From NCBI GenBank assembly GCA_965637545.1, contig OZ281497.1, positions 18,476,001 through 18,540,000 on the forward strand: a DNA stretch of 64,000 nt, written 5' to 3'. Under the pieces are notes generated by a model. The model made no database searches. It was not told where the DNA came from and was given only the letters and a program-made list of their open reading frames with translations. Origin of the DNA: Phallusia mammillata (lineage: Eukaryota). Position numbers and translations under genes: made by a program. Positions 50,412-63,191 of this stretch are shown in pieces (positions within the stretch are counted from its first letter, which is position 1; every line of letters begins with the position of its first letter).

Positions 50412-53400
50412 AACAAAATGTAGCTGCTAATAAAGCTTTTTCCATCAGGTTTTGTTCAAGAATGCTTTTTATGCAGGTAATTCAAACTGGATCTACAAGT
50501 GATGAGACTGACAACATGGCGGAAAAACTGAAGTGGAGTGTACATGATTTGGCGGGGCAGACTTTAAACAACATTCGCAAAAGAATCCGTGAACTTTCTG
50601 CAAAGCATCCAACAAGAAAGATTGTATTGCTAGGCTGGCACACAGCCAGTTTGTTAAACTGCCATGTAAGTTAATGTAAAGCACGAAAATGTTTTTTACC
50701 ACAGTCATTAATGATAGATGTTTTCTACTGGGTATGTTTTTATGATTAATTTACCACTAAATAATAAATTATAAATATAATGTGATGAGCAGAATCACTG
50801 AAAATCATTTATGTAAGGTCAAATATCCCTCACTTAGTTTGACGATTTATGGTGTATCTGGGAGTTCCAATAGTTGTTACATGCTGCACTTCATAAATGT
50901 GTTTTATTTTTCACAGGCTTGCCTTAAAGAAAAAGTTGCAGCTGTTGTCTGTTTGGGATTTCCTTTGTACACCATGTTTGGGGAACGTGGGGTGAGATGT
51001 TTTAGCTTTTTCAGAAAATTCACAACATTTGGATAATTGGGTTCATCTCAGAAATGTTTACATGTGTGTGCAATTTCCAGACAATCGATGACGTATTGTG
51101 TGACATCACAACGCCGATGCTTTTCGTGGTCGGCGACCGAGCGATGTCATGCCGCGTGAGCGATCTCGAGGACGTAAGGGAAACGTCATTTACCGAAGCT
51201 ATGACGTCACTGATGGTTGTAAACGGCGCTGATGATTGGCTGAGAGTTTCGGACAACACTAAACGTCAATGTGCCGTTACCCAGTCGATGGCTGACAGGT
51301 TTGTTGGTTTGGTTTTCCAAATTCGTATTTCAATGTAAGTCCAGAAAATACTGAATAAACGTTTCGTCCATCAGGTTACATAGTTCGTTGTACAAAATAC
51401 CTGATTTTAGTCCAAAGAACACGTAACGTTTTGCCCATCTTATAACTCTATCTATCCATAAAGCAGCCAATACTTTTCTGTGAAACATTTGTGACGTTTC
51501 GACCAAGGCTTTTTCTGATTGATAGCAATGGCAAAGTCGGAAATGTTTTTCGCTAAAACATTGCCACATTCTTCAAAAAGGCATAAAGCTATGGTCAGGG
51601 CTAGGTAGTTGGTCCATCCGATTTTAACAAAAACTGAATAAGATGTGCCCATTTTGGCATTTTATTTAATGACAACTTTCTGGCAGGAAAATTTTGGAAT
51701 GTATATGCGAGTTTCTACACACGATATTCGCCACCGAACAAGCTGATCGTACCGAGGTATGTAAACTTTGTTTTAAACACAGTTAACTACTGTTCTGTAC
51801 TGCAAGATAATTTTGAACTTTTTTCAGGGTGGAGTTTGTCGGAAAAAATCGTCAAGTTTTATGGGTAAGTTTTACTGAAATTAATACCTTTGTCTTTCTA
51901 AATTAAAATAAACTAACTATACGAATAAAATAATGTAATATTTGCTGTAGGAGACGAACACTTGGCGAAAAGACTCAAGTTTGGCCATGAACGCGGCAAC
52001 ACACCAGAGGTACTACAAAATGGGCGATTAGACTTTTAGATTTAGCTATACAGAACCCTTTTTAACTACAACTTTAAATATTTTGCAGCGCATGTTAACG
52101 GGGAAAAGACATCACAGTTACACGGAATTTGCGGATACTCAAGGTTAGTGGGTTTTTCGTATGTTAGGCGTGGTTTTAATGTATGTTTTGCCATAATGCC
52201 GGAATATTATGTGTTTTAGCCAAGAGACACAGATCCTCGTCTCCTATGTCTCGGCATTATCCGTCGTCGTCTTCCCAGCTCGATGACTTCTTAATCAACC
52301 AAAATGACGAAGGTAATTGCTTAAACAAAAGTGGTCAATAGCACCCTTGACTCTATTACGTGTGCAGCAGGAAAGACGTCATAAATGACATCATTAAACT
52401 TGACAAACACGTTTTCTTTTTAATTAAATATTTAAATTTTTTATGTTGTTTTGCAGGGGTAAGTGGTCAGTTGCATGGTCTTTCGTTCAACCTTCAAACT
52501 GGCTCCATTAGCGGTCTCACTGCTATGCCTGGCGCGCATGGAGACGAGGTTCAAAGGTCATACGGCAAAGGTCACGACAGACTCGAGGGTCGTGACGCCG
52601 CTGGTGGCTCGTCCCGCAGCATTACCATCGACCTGACCAAGGTAAGTGATTCATTTAATCATAAACATTACTGCCAAGGTGCTGGTGTATATAGAATACA
52701 TCGTTTAGACGTTTCAACAATCTCTGTTGTCATCATCAGTGTAGGTTGTCAATCAAGCTGTAGAACACGGTATATAAAGCACTAAGGAAAAAAAGGTAAA
52801 AGCCAGATGTGTAAAGTGACGTCACAGACGATAACAGGGAACTGAACGATGTATATTCGTCTGAACGTCTGAACGATGTATTCTATATACACCAGCACCT
52901 TGGCAGTAATGTTTATGATTAAATTACTTTTCAAGTCCGTGTATAGTGTTCCTAGGTAAGTGATTCATATTACCTGACTTTTGATTTCAAAGTAGCAATT
53001 TCAGTGAGGGTTAGGAGATTTTTTAATTTATATGCTTTTAAGACTCGTGAAGCCAGTGGTCTTAACGTGTGTGTAAATACTCTCAGGGGGCAATTACGTT
53101 ATCGTTTTAAGTTGCATGACGTTATTCTTATGGAAAGTCATAGTTGGTGCAAATAGTTTTTGCGTTGTGGTTAAATTAATCTGGTTGCTCACAGTGGGAA
53201 AATTAATTCTGGTTGTCTAAGGCAGGCAACAAATATGAAATAAAAACTTAAATAACCATTGGTTTAAGTTGTGCTTGATTAAATTGAAATGTATCATTGG
53301 CCAAAACCCTTTTTTTGAAATTGTTGTGCAGGATCCCAACGCCCAGTTGTCATCTGCTCTGTCTCGTCGTAAATCGCAGTTACTCCAGCCAACAGAAAAA

Positions 53401-56400
53401 CAGACCGAAGCGGCGATTGCGGCGATACTCGGTGGCGATAAAAGCGACGACGCTGCAACTTCTCACACAGCCGTTATGTCTCCATCGGCCGACCTACGCA
53501 GGTAGAACTTGGATTTTAAACTGTGGCTCTTAAACCTTTAAATCTTCTGGAATAACTTGTTGGAAACCATTTTCGTGCGACACACTTCGTAGGGTAAAAC
53601 GTAAAAAGATGTTTCGAAAGACATATTTTGCAACTAAGTATTGTACATAAAATAATAAAATCAAGACCAATGGGGCTTCTAGCATTGTCATGCACGCCAG
53701 CATTTTGTTATCAAGTCCTAAAACTTAATGGATCCGCCAAACAATAGTTTTCCGCCACTCTTGAAAATCTCTCGAAACGCACTAGTGTAATGTTGCACAC
53801 AGTGTACGAATGTTTTATATAAGTAAGTTACTTTTTCAGGTTTGCCAAGCCCACCCCGACGGAATCCGATCCACCTGCCGTGTCATTGCCAGCCCCACAA
53901 CCTGTGAAAAGTGGCATGCACTCTGGCAGCCTCACCTTGAATTTAGGTAAGTTCAAGTTGAAATCATGGCGCCCCAAATTTTGTAGAAATTTTTGTACAG
54001 TCCATTTCCATCGTAGATGGGCAGAGCCGAGCAGTACTCAGTGTGCTAAGCGTTTGTTAGGCCCGGTTCAGCCTTAGGGTAAAAAACAGAAAAAAAATTG
54101 GGCCGGCATTCACACTCTGCCTCGTTTGTACCGCAGTTTTACCAACTTTCGAATCGAATTTGGTATTTAAAAAAAAAACGGCTTCGGGCCCAACCTTTAC
54201 GTTGTTGTCATTGCAATTTTCGGAACTGTATGAGACGTTTTTTAGGTTAAAAAGTATGTTGCCTTATAACCTGAACTGGAACATAACGCGATTTAATATA
54301 TTTCTATTATTTAGGTGCTTCAAACCCAATGGCTTCCATCAATCTTATCAAACCAGGTATGTAATAATGCTTTTCCTGTCTATTGAAAGTTTGGAAAAAA
54401 GTAATTTTCTTCGACACAAACCAAACGTACATGCACCTTTACCTGGTTTTGTGCCAAAAGAGTTTTTCTTTAAGTTGCATTTTGTTCTTAGATCCTCCCA
54501 CCAGCCGGAAAATGGTGAATCAAGGACCGGTGGCTTTCTCGCGATCGCAATCGTTCAGCGTCGACCAATCACGATCCGTTCTGGCTTCGAGAAGTAGACG
54601 CGACGACCGCGAGACTCAGCAAGCCACTGCGATACTGGAACAGCTGACAAGTAACCTGGACACCGGAGTCGGCTCTCGGTCGCCCTCTCCTGACCAGTTC
54701 TTGACGTCGACCGGAAAGAAAATGCAAGGTTGGTTTGTTTTAAGTTTGAAACTTAAATGCGCATGACGAGTGGATCCATCATTAGAAAAATGAACGGTTT
54801 CATAATTATTCCACTCTTTGTTGCATTATGTTTCGAAGTTGTAATAAACCGTTTTGATGTTCCTATTTGGGCAAATCGTTACAAAAGGCAAATTTATTTT
54901 TGTATTTTGTAAGGTGTGTGCTGGTTTTCCGTTATTTTATTGTCCAATAGTTTTGTTACATCACACATGCATGCGAATTTCATTCAAGTTTTAAAATGAG
55001 ATAACCAAGTAAATAGGATAAAAGATTAAAAACTGAAACTATTTTAAAAATTTGGGTTAAGCTATGTATAACGGGGAGAGGTTACCACCCTTTGGCCGCT
55101 ATTTTTAGTAATTGCGTTATGAATGGCTGCGGTTTGGCACTCCAATGATTAGGGCAGTGGACCGTTGTTGAATAATAGAATTCCCCGTAATTTTTCGTCC
55201 CAGAATGTTTGCAGCTGCCGGAACCAAAACTTTACTCGAAAACTAATCAACCGTAAAGTTCGTTCATTCGTTTCCTCAAACGTCAAATTAATTGTGTGTT
55301 TTTCCGGTGTTCTGAAACAAAGTCGAAAAAATCACTTTGGTCAAATGCGCAAATTTAACTCAACGGAAAAGCTCGTGTTGTGGGTTTCCCTCATAGTTTA
55401 CGAGAAAGGGCACATGCAGTAGTTTGACCTTACCCTATTTTGTTGAAACCTTTTGGTCAGGACAAATTTGTCTATATATGCTATTCTGCCGTCGTTTGGT
55501 AAAACCTAGTAACTGCAATTTTCAAGTTTTCGAGAAAAAGCACAAAACGCGTTTGATGTTGGTTAGCATCCAAAAATATTTTTTTTGTCTACCTGTTTGG
55601 TGTTTTTCACAAACATGTTACAGTAAAAATTTTTTGCCATACCTACAGTTCACGACATATTGTTAGTTTGTTTATTATCCATGAAAAAACGATATACTAG
55701 GTTTTACCGGATAAGAAATGCAAAACTAACTAAAATATAATTTGGAAAAGTCTAGGCTCAGAACAATAGATGGATTTTTTTTGCTTTATCACCTTCACAA
55801 ATCAAACAGAAGCTTTTTATTTTTTTCATAAACTGTGTTATTACATTTAAGTCACCAATTTTCAAGCTGTTTGAAGAATGCTGGAGTACAAATGTTCAGT
55901 CAAAAACCTTTTATTAGCAATAGCAACATGCTAGTGCTGAGGACCAATAAAAAGTATATTTGTTCAACAACATCACAAGCACATGGCAAAGATACTTTTA
56001 CAAAACATGTCATAAACTTTTGTGAGTTCTTGATGTGGTTAACTTACCATGCTACAAAAGTCTAACATGAAAACATCAAGCAGTTTAACCATCAATTGAT
56101 TGGCACCCAAAAAGATGCTTTTACATAACAAATAAAAACATATAACATCTAGAAAGGTAGCTTCTTTATGTATGTTTTATTTACAGATTTACTAAACACA
56201 TGTCATTTTTTCTTACAACAGCATGTTGTCGCAAAACTGGTAAATATAGTTTGTTAAACTACAAAATCTAGTTTCATTGTTTGTTTAATATGGCTACCAC
56301 ACAAGGAAAGTTAATCTTGGACCTTTTAAAGAAAGAAAAAAAAGAATAAAGCTCCATGCAGCTTTCAGTAATTTTGGAAAAAAGGCTTGTTTGCCTTAAA

Positions 56401-59400
56401 AAGGTTTTGTCAATATTATTTTTTCATTGTTAAATTGTCATATATTTACAAAACTAGTCAAAAAGAGAGGAAAAATACACTATCAATCCAGATTTGCACC
56501 ATTTCGTATGTTCAGTTATAAACAATCAGTTTTTATTCCCAAATTTGTTTATATAAAACACTTTGCAAACTGTGAGCTTGGCACCACAGCAACCAGGCAG
56601 TTCAGACAGCAGCAGGATATCTTTGCTCCAACATTGCAGTTTTATGAATAGTGCCCTTCATATATTTCCTTCTTCCAGCAAAGTCCTGCGACCAGCAGTT
56701 TTTATAATATTTTTAGACATGAAAACTTATCAATATTAATAAAACATTGGAATGGTTAACTTTGAGATGAGCAAACTTAAACAATTATGTTTATCTGTTT
56801 GTGAACATTTATATTTTATAAGCTAAAAATCATCATTAACCTTTAACAACATAAATTAACATCATGCAAGGTTTCAAGCGTGAAAGAAAAATACCTTTAA
56901 TAGGTTCAGCATGTAAACTTTCAAGCTTAGATGAAATTATAACATATGGATTTTCTTTGGTTAAACTATCTGAATCTTGGTCCAGTGGCACAATTCTTCC
57001 TAACCAAGAACTGTCATTTTGGAGCTGAAATAGTTTTGAATCCTGATCATTTGATGAGTTAAATGATGCTCAGTAGTCATGTCAGATAAGACTACAAATG
57101 ACAACAACTACTCACGTTATGATTAATATCATCCACACTTGCGGTTTTAATTTCAGCACAATAATCTGTTTCTTAGTCTGATTCTGAGCCAAATCTATGT
57201 GTTATTTTTTGCTTATGGCTATGATGCTGAAATCAAAGTGTACTTACATGAACTATAATATTTCAAACTTTTATTCTCTTGGACATTAACAATGTGTTTC
57301 TCATCTCAACTTAAATTTCTACCTTAATGCCTTCAGAAGTGTAACCTGGCAAGCAAGTTTCTTAATCCAAACTACCTGGAAACTGGAGCTTCATTCTTTG
57401 TTTTTCTTTGAAGGGCCAAGATTAGTTTTCCTCTTGTGGTAGCCATATTAAACAAACACTGAAACTGGATGGTATAGTTACAGCTAAACAAACTTAAAAT
57501 ACCGGTATTTACTTAATAGCAAACAAAACTAAATCACAACGCCAATAGATATGTAAGCAAGGCGACAACACGCAGCTGTCAGAAAAAAGTTGTCACGTGA
57601 CGAACTCGACCGTCATGATTGGTCAAACAGCAATACTAGGTTTTGCCAAATACTTTTAGCGTTGTGTTTCACTTACTAGGGTTTTTTAACCGTAAATATA
57701 TCAATAACTATATATCTTTCAAATTCCAAATTTTAACACAGAAAACTAGCCAACATTAAGTAACCATTCCACTAAAAAAACGCATTTTGAAAAATATGTC
57801 GCTTACTAGGTTTTTCCAAAAGACGGCAGTATTGCTGCCAGGTATAAAATGAAAAAAGAGTATTGCTTTTTTAATACAATTTTATTATAAATAGTCGACG
57901 TCCCATCCGACACACCTTTGTTAGGAAGATCTTTCTAAAGTTTTACACACTTTGGTTAGGCATGCGTAACATTAACCCTGTTCAAAGTTTACATAGACCC
58001 TATAGGTAACCGAAAAAATGGCTTTTACTTGTGTGTTATTGTAATGGCAGCAGGCTTGGAACCACGTATATAAAGGGTCATGGCGCATATAAAAATACTG
58101 AATAGCCACTCCCTGTCGGTTTTGCCCGTAAACTATCTCAGCGGTTTCAGTCAGTTAATTTGATGTGTTTGCACAATGTCATGGCGCGAGTTTGTTGGCA
58201 AGCAGAAGTGCGCCGGCTGTCTTCCCGGGCCGTTTCAACCTCCCGTCTCGGGTGAGCAGAGTTAAACTTTCAACCCCGGCTTGGGGTTTCGGTCGAGTCG
58301 CTCCGTGACGACCTCTTGTGGCGCTAAATAAACACCGTCTGTATTTGGTAAATATCGCCTCAGGATTTAAAAGCAATTACCAAAAAACTGTGACATACCG
58401 TAGGTAAACAGAGTACATGACGTTATCTTTAAAAAAAGTATACTGTTACCTTAAAGCAGGGGTTCTCAACCAGGGGTGCCAGCACCCCCAAGGGGTGCGA
58501 GAACTGTTCCTAGGGGGTGCGGGGGTGCTGTATCCTTAAGGTTGGTTAGGTCTATTCTATATAAATACAAAAACCCAGGGGGTGCGAAAATGGGTTGGTG
58601 ATTTGAAAGGGGTGCAGCAAGGAAAAAAGGTTAAGAACCACTGCCTCAAAGGTTTCTTAAAAACTTGTAAAATACTTAAATTTTACACACTCCAACAATC
58701 TTAAATGTTAGCATCAGGTTTCATATCTGCGAGAAACTGTTCTTTTTTATTCAAACAATGTTTTTTAACGTTGCTTTCATACAGCGAGCTTTATTAAAAA
58801 TATCGGAACTTAAACCACTTTAGACACTATAACAAGTGAGTTTGTTTTCGCAGGAATGTCGTCGAACGTTCGCCGTCGCAGCAGCTTCGACTCAATCGGA
58901 GCTCGAACCACAACCACCCGCACGCCTACCACTAAGGGGCGCAGTCGGGTCTACAAGCAAAAGTCGCGTCCTCTCAATCCAACGACCACTCCAGCCCCGG
59001 CGAGCGTATCACTGTCCAAGAGCAAACCTTCCGTAGTCAGGTAAACACTTTTACGCTTACAGCGCTTAAACAAACCTATCTAGGGTTAGTGTAAATGCAA
59101 GGTGAGTCTAAATTATGATCGATACCTTAACATCGAACCTGAACTCTTCACTGCTTACCTGATGAGTCTTTTGTGTGCTTGCGGTCGAGAGTTAATTGTG
59201 TTTCTGTGGCCAGCTAAGCGTCAAACCGACACGCGCGTGTTTATCAAGATTAGTTACACTCGCTTGTTCTGCTGCAGTGCGCTATGTGCAATATACGTAC
59301 TGGAATTGCAACTGCTGTTGTATTGGGTTGTAAAAAAATGAAACTGTGTTTAGGATGAAATAAATGCGCAAATTTAGCTGGTACTGGGTTAGCTTTTGTT

Positions 59401-62400
59401 TGCCGTGAAACTACGTACCACGGGGAAAAGTGCGGTCCTAAAATAGTTTAAATTGTAGTGTATCGAAAGCATTGGGATTTTTTGAAATATCTTAATGGCA
59501 CTGTTGTTTTGGGCCTTAGTTTGAACCCAATTACAAGGCTCGAATATAACATGCGTGATATTACTTAGCCTTAATTTAGCTCTGGGAAACTGGAAACTGG
59601 CCTGTCCCGTACATGACGCACAAACTTTATATTCTGATTTCGTGGCACTTTTTATTGTTGCGACTACAGTCAAACTTCGATACTATGCCACCTTGCTATT
59701 ATGCCATCCTCGCTACTATACCATTTTTGATCATCACCAACTAAATTCAATAGAAAATATATTTACTATGCCACCCCTTACCCTTGATACTATGACACAT
59801 GAGAGTACAGTATTACTGTATTAACGGTCTGGTTATGGATTGAAAATTGGGCCTTCTGACAACTTTCGGTTTGAGCTCATGATAAAACACAGAAAACACG
59901 AAAAACAAATCGTTGATTAAACAAACATGGTCATGTTAAGAGGTTTCACGGCTTTGCAGCGAGTTATGTAAATGCCGTTCTGTGCTTGTGTCACCGCAAA
60001 ACTAACAGATCTTGTTTGTTCTAGGCACGATCTGTCCGTATTTTTGTAATAAATTATACTGTATACTGTAATAAATTATAATCGTATACGATTATAACAC
60101 AACGTATACAACATACAACACAACGTGACATTACAGTACATTGTCACGTCACAAGGCTATGTTTGAAAACAACCCTGCTACTATGCCACTTTCTCTCGGT
60201 CCCAAAGGGTGGCATAGTATCGAAGTTTGACTGTATTTGTAATCCTTTCTATGATCTGTCAATCTCTCGTATCTGTTTAGTTTATCGCCTTACAGAACGG
60301 TGACGTAATTTGCCCAACCTATCACAGGCCACTCGACGACCCCTGTCTAATCACGCCAAGCCCTCCTGTCGAACCCTTTGGCGACCCTCGTGGCATTGAA
60401 ACATGCCGTATTAGGCCGAAAATACATCGAGTTCTATGAATTCTTGCCATCTGAAAATAGCGCTACCGAAATTCCGCCACATGCTTGTCACGTGAACGGG
60501 CGATCGTCATAATAGGGTCAGTGGTTGTTTGTAAAACGCATGGGATTTTTTTTATAGAAGGCTTAAGCTGTGCGTTGTGCTCAGTTGCGATTTGCGTTGT
60601 GACGGCATTAAATGCTGTGACCCTTGTTATAGTGAAGATTAAGTATGTAATAATGTCAACTCTAATTTTAGATTTAAATGTGGCTGGATTTACAGCTTAC
60701 ATCGAACCGAATTAAAGTTGTATTCAGTGGCGCCTAGATAACGTTCTTGTTGATCTTATGTGGTGTATTATAATTCTTACACATATGCTTCGGCCACAAG
60801 CTACCTTAAGTACAACCATTGATGACACTTGGAATTTATCCCGTATAATACTAATAAATATTTATTGGGAATGTTTTACGCTCTTGACTATGACCCGCTT
60901 TTCCAATTTTCCTCGTTTTGAAAACCACTTAACCGCGGGAGAAGACGCGTGTCGGTCGTTCCGATTTCTTGAATATATTTCGCGCATCGCTTCTACGAAT
61001 CGCTTTCATGACTCGTCTTTCACCTGCGCCGTGACCACCGTGGCCGCTTTAGTTCGCTTGAAGTTCACTCTTAATTGAGTCTTAACCGCTTAAATTAAAC
61101 GGTCCTTGGTCGTCCCTGACGTGACCTTATGGGCTGACATCAAATTTTCATGTTGCTTTGGTTAATGAATTGTGAACATTATTTCGTGCGCCCTCATGCC
61201 TATCCCGGCCTTTTTCCGCACGACCGCAGATGTAAAAGGCAACAGTAACTTCAAATCATAACATACCACGCAATTATTGTATGAAAGTCGACCAAATGTA
61301 GCGATTTTCTCCTATTTTTTGTGTGCGTCGATAAGCGTTGCTATTTATATAGATGCGGTATACTAAAAAACGTGAAGATACATTCCTCTATTTGCAGATG
61401 TTTGAGCATTGAGCATCTAAGTACGTTAAATACTTTTTTTAAGCAAAATTTTGTTTAAGCAAAATGGTTGCATATTTGCCCAGAACCAACCGGCTTAAAG
61501 GCCACTTTTTAATACTCGTTTTAGTGTCAAACATCGGTCATCAAATTTCAAATTTCGCAAATATGGTTTTAAACATAAAAAACTTTCAGCACTTTTTATT
61601 TCTCGGTACATCGCGTTTCGGAATTGTTCACAGTCGGTGAATTCCTCTGCAGGTCAGCGAACGGTCGTGACCCCGCCACTATTTCTACCTCGAGCGCGGG
61701 CCAAAGTCTGTCAGCAGCAGTTTTTGGTAATCTCGCTTTTCCACGCCGCTGGGTTTCCAATTTCGGGCCCGAAGCATCGTTGCAACCTGGCCAGAAATTC
61801 GAGAGTGTTTTGCTGTAGCGCAAGGTTGATTACGTCATCCAGAACAAAAATGTATACGCCCATATGTTGGTTTTGCCCTTTACCACGTACTCTTCGCCGT
61901 GCGTCTAAAAAAGAACCTGCAGTCATGGCAAATTCTTTCTCACAAAGTTCATTTTTGTATGTTTTTGCAACGCTAGATTAGGACGGCGAAGTTTTCATTT
62001 CCACTTACTCCCAAGTTCGAATGCGTAGTCACAACAAAACTTTTATTAGTATTTGTTTTGCTTTTTCACAGATACGTTCTTACATCCTCGGGGCTCTCCG
62101 GGATCATTTCTTCCGCCTCTGGCACAACTAATAAGGTCACATTGGTCCAGGAGGCCGGACCCACAGTGTCTCCACAAATGTCCAGAGGCAGCAAACCACG
62201 ACCGATCCCACTCGTATTTTCGCCCAGCGCACGAAAACCCGTTACCATGGCGACGTCTGGCTCGGTGCGGGCTCCCTCCTCAACAATGCGGGTCGTGTCA
62301 CGTGACGTTTCGAAGCAGCCGACTTCTACCCAGTCATCAACACCGCTCGTTGATTTGATGCTGGGAAGCGCTGCAAGCTCGTTGGCGAAGTCATCGAAAG

Positions 62401-63191
62401 TTGGAGTTAAAGTTAGTTGAAAGAATTTCGTGCTTTTCAGTATTTTCCATTTCAAACATCTATTCGTAACCGCTAGTTGTATGAAAAACCAGTGCCACAG
62501 TATCTAATCAGAGAAAGCGCTGTTTTCAAATCTACAAAACATCGTAAAATGTAAAAGCCAAATTTCAGTTACAGCGTGAGAATCTTTTCTCTCATTTATT
62601 TTGGAAATACCATCTCAAAGGTTAAGGCAATAATATAAAACGGAGCAACTAATCTGTGACGTCAAGTGCATGTAATGTCACAATATTCGAAAATTTTCCT
62701 GTTTCATAACACTTGACATTTGCTAATTTCTTCCATGCCTAAAAACTATATTTTTACAGATACCACCAGGGAGCCAGGTTCCAGGGCGATCGGCAGTCAT
62801 CAAACTGGACGGAGTTTCGACGCGGAAGGAAATGCAGACCGTCACAATATCGAGGCCAATCGCAAAACCCCTACAACATGGCGAGGGTGGGCCTGTGGTG
62901 TTTTTACCTGACAACGCGTTGCAAAAGAAGACACAAATTGTCCGGAGTGGGGCTACCGGGGTCTCGACTGGGACCAAGTTTCTGAGCATTGCTCGACCCC
63001 GCGCGGTGTCCACTGGCGCACCTGACGCGAAAAACGCCGCACCCGTGGCGCGTACAAAATCAGATGGGGTCGTTGAAAACCAGTTGGGCTCTGGAGTACG
63101 GATGCCAGCGCTTGTGCTTACGAAGCTCCAGGTCGACTCGCTGGAGTCTTCTACATCTCAAGCTGGAACGTCGAATCGCTCCGACAAATAA
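47810..63191 (+). CDS. KANSL3: KAT8 regulatory NSL complex subunit 3 (alpha/beta-hydrolase-like core + long Ser/Thr/Pro-rich tail), more than 20 exons
   Basis: DHCYTKHW, IDVDT, KARMQMNECERH, LRRLSVDRSAARLRSAL, QWLHLLLIEKL, LLKRPWDPAV, RRLRFWNSLLS, IVLLGWHTASLLNCHV, AVVCLGFPL, DDVLCDITTPMLFVVG, GADDWLRVS, TQSMADR. The tail joins in phase through 54727|58854-59040|62072-62411|62760-63191. Confidence 0.92.
48278..48868. mobile_element. 591-bp hAT-type MITE in the first coding intron of KANSL3
   Basis: TIRs CAGGGGTGGGGAACC / GGTCCCCCACCCCTG (14/15); perfect 8-bp TSD CACTACAT. Confidence 0.92.
50377..50408 (+). repeat. Poly(A)32 tract in a KANSL3 intron
   Basis: Read directly from the sequence. 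Confidence 0.9.
52654..52923. mobile_element. Foldback/MITE with 60-bp near-perfect terminal inverted repeats
   Basis: 52654-52713 is the reverse complement of 52864-52923 at 59/60 positions; 150-nt spacer. Confidence 0.85.
56267..57470. repeat. Degenerate inverted duplication of about 130 bp (about 56267-56396 vs about 57347-57470) in a KANSL3 intron
   Basis: + copy ATCTAGTTTCATTGTTTGTTTAATATGGCTACCACACAAGGAAAGTTAATCTTGG... vs - copy ATCCAGTTTCAGTGTTTGTTTAATATGGCTACCACAAGAGGAAAACTAATCTTGG... Confidence 0.8.
58181..58398 (+). ncRNA. Candidate structured RNA with an H/ACA-like 3' end (scaRNA-like, or the 3' half of a telomerase RNA); strand and ends tentative
   Basis: GC-rich island with several complementary segments, AAATAA (ANANNA) after a basal helix, a 3' hairpin and ACA at 58393-58395. 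Folded by eye only. Confidence 0.35.
58457..58643. mobile_element. 187-bp hAT-type MITE
   Basis: TIRs CAGGGGTTCTCAACC / GGTTAAGAACCACTG; flanks CCTTAAAG / CCTCAAAG (7/8). Confidence 0.85.
59667..60233. mobile_element. 567-bp Tc1/mariner (pogo/Tigger-like) MITE
   Basis: Perfect 26-bp TIR CAGTCAAACTTCGATACTATGCCACC, TA on both flanks, and repeated subterminal ACTATGCCA-like motifs. Confidence 0.9.

Noticed and set aside
58230-58290. GTTTCAACC + hairpin units resembling CRISPR repeat ends
   Set aside because: Only two dissimilar units, no spacer periodicity, no cas genes, and a eukaryotic intron context.
59081-59089. TAGGGTTAG (9-nt telomere match; CUAACCCUA on the - strand); also TAACCCTA at about 29265
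   Set aside because: A few 8-9-nt matches are expected by chance in 128 kb of both strands, and no telomerase-RNA-like structure was seen next to these.
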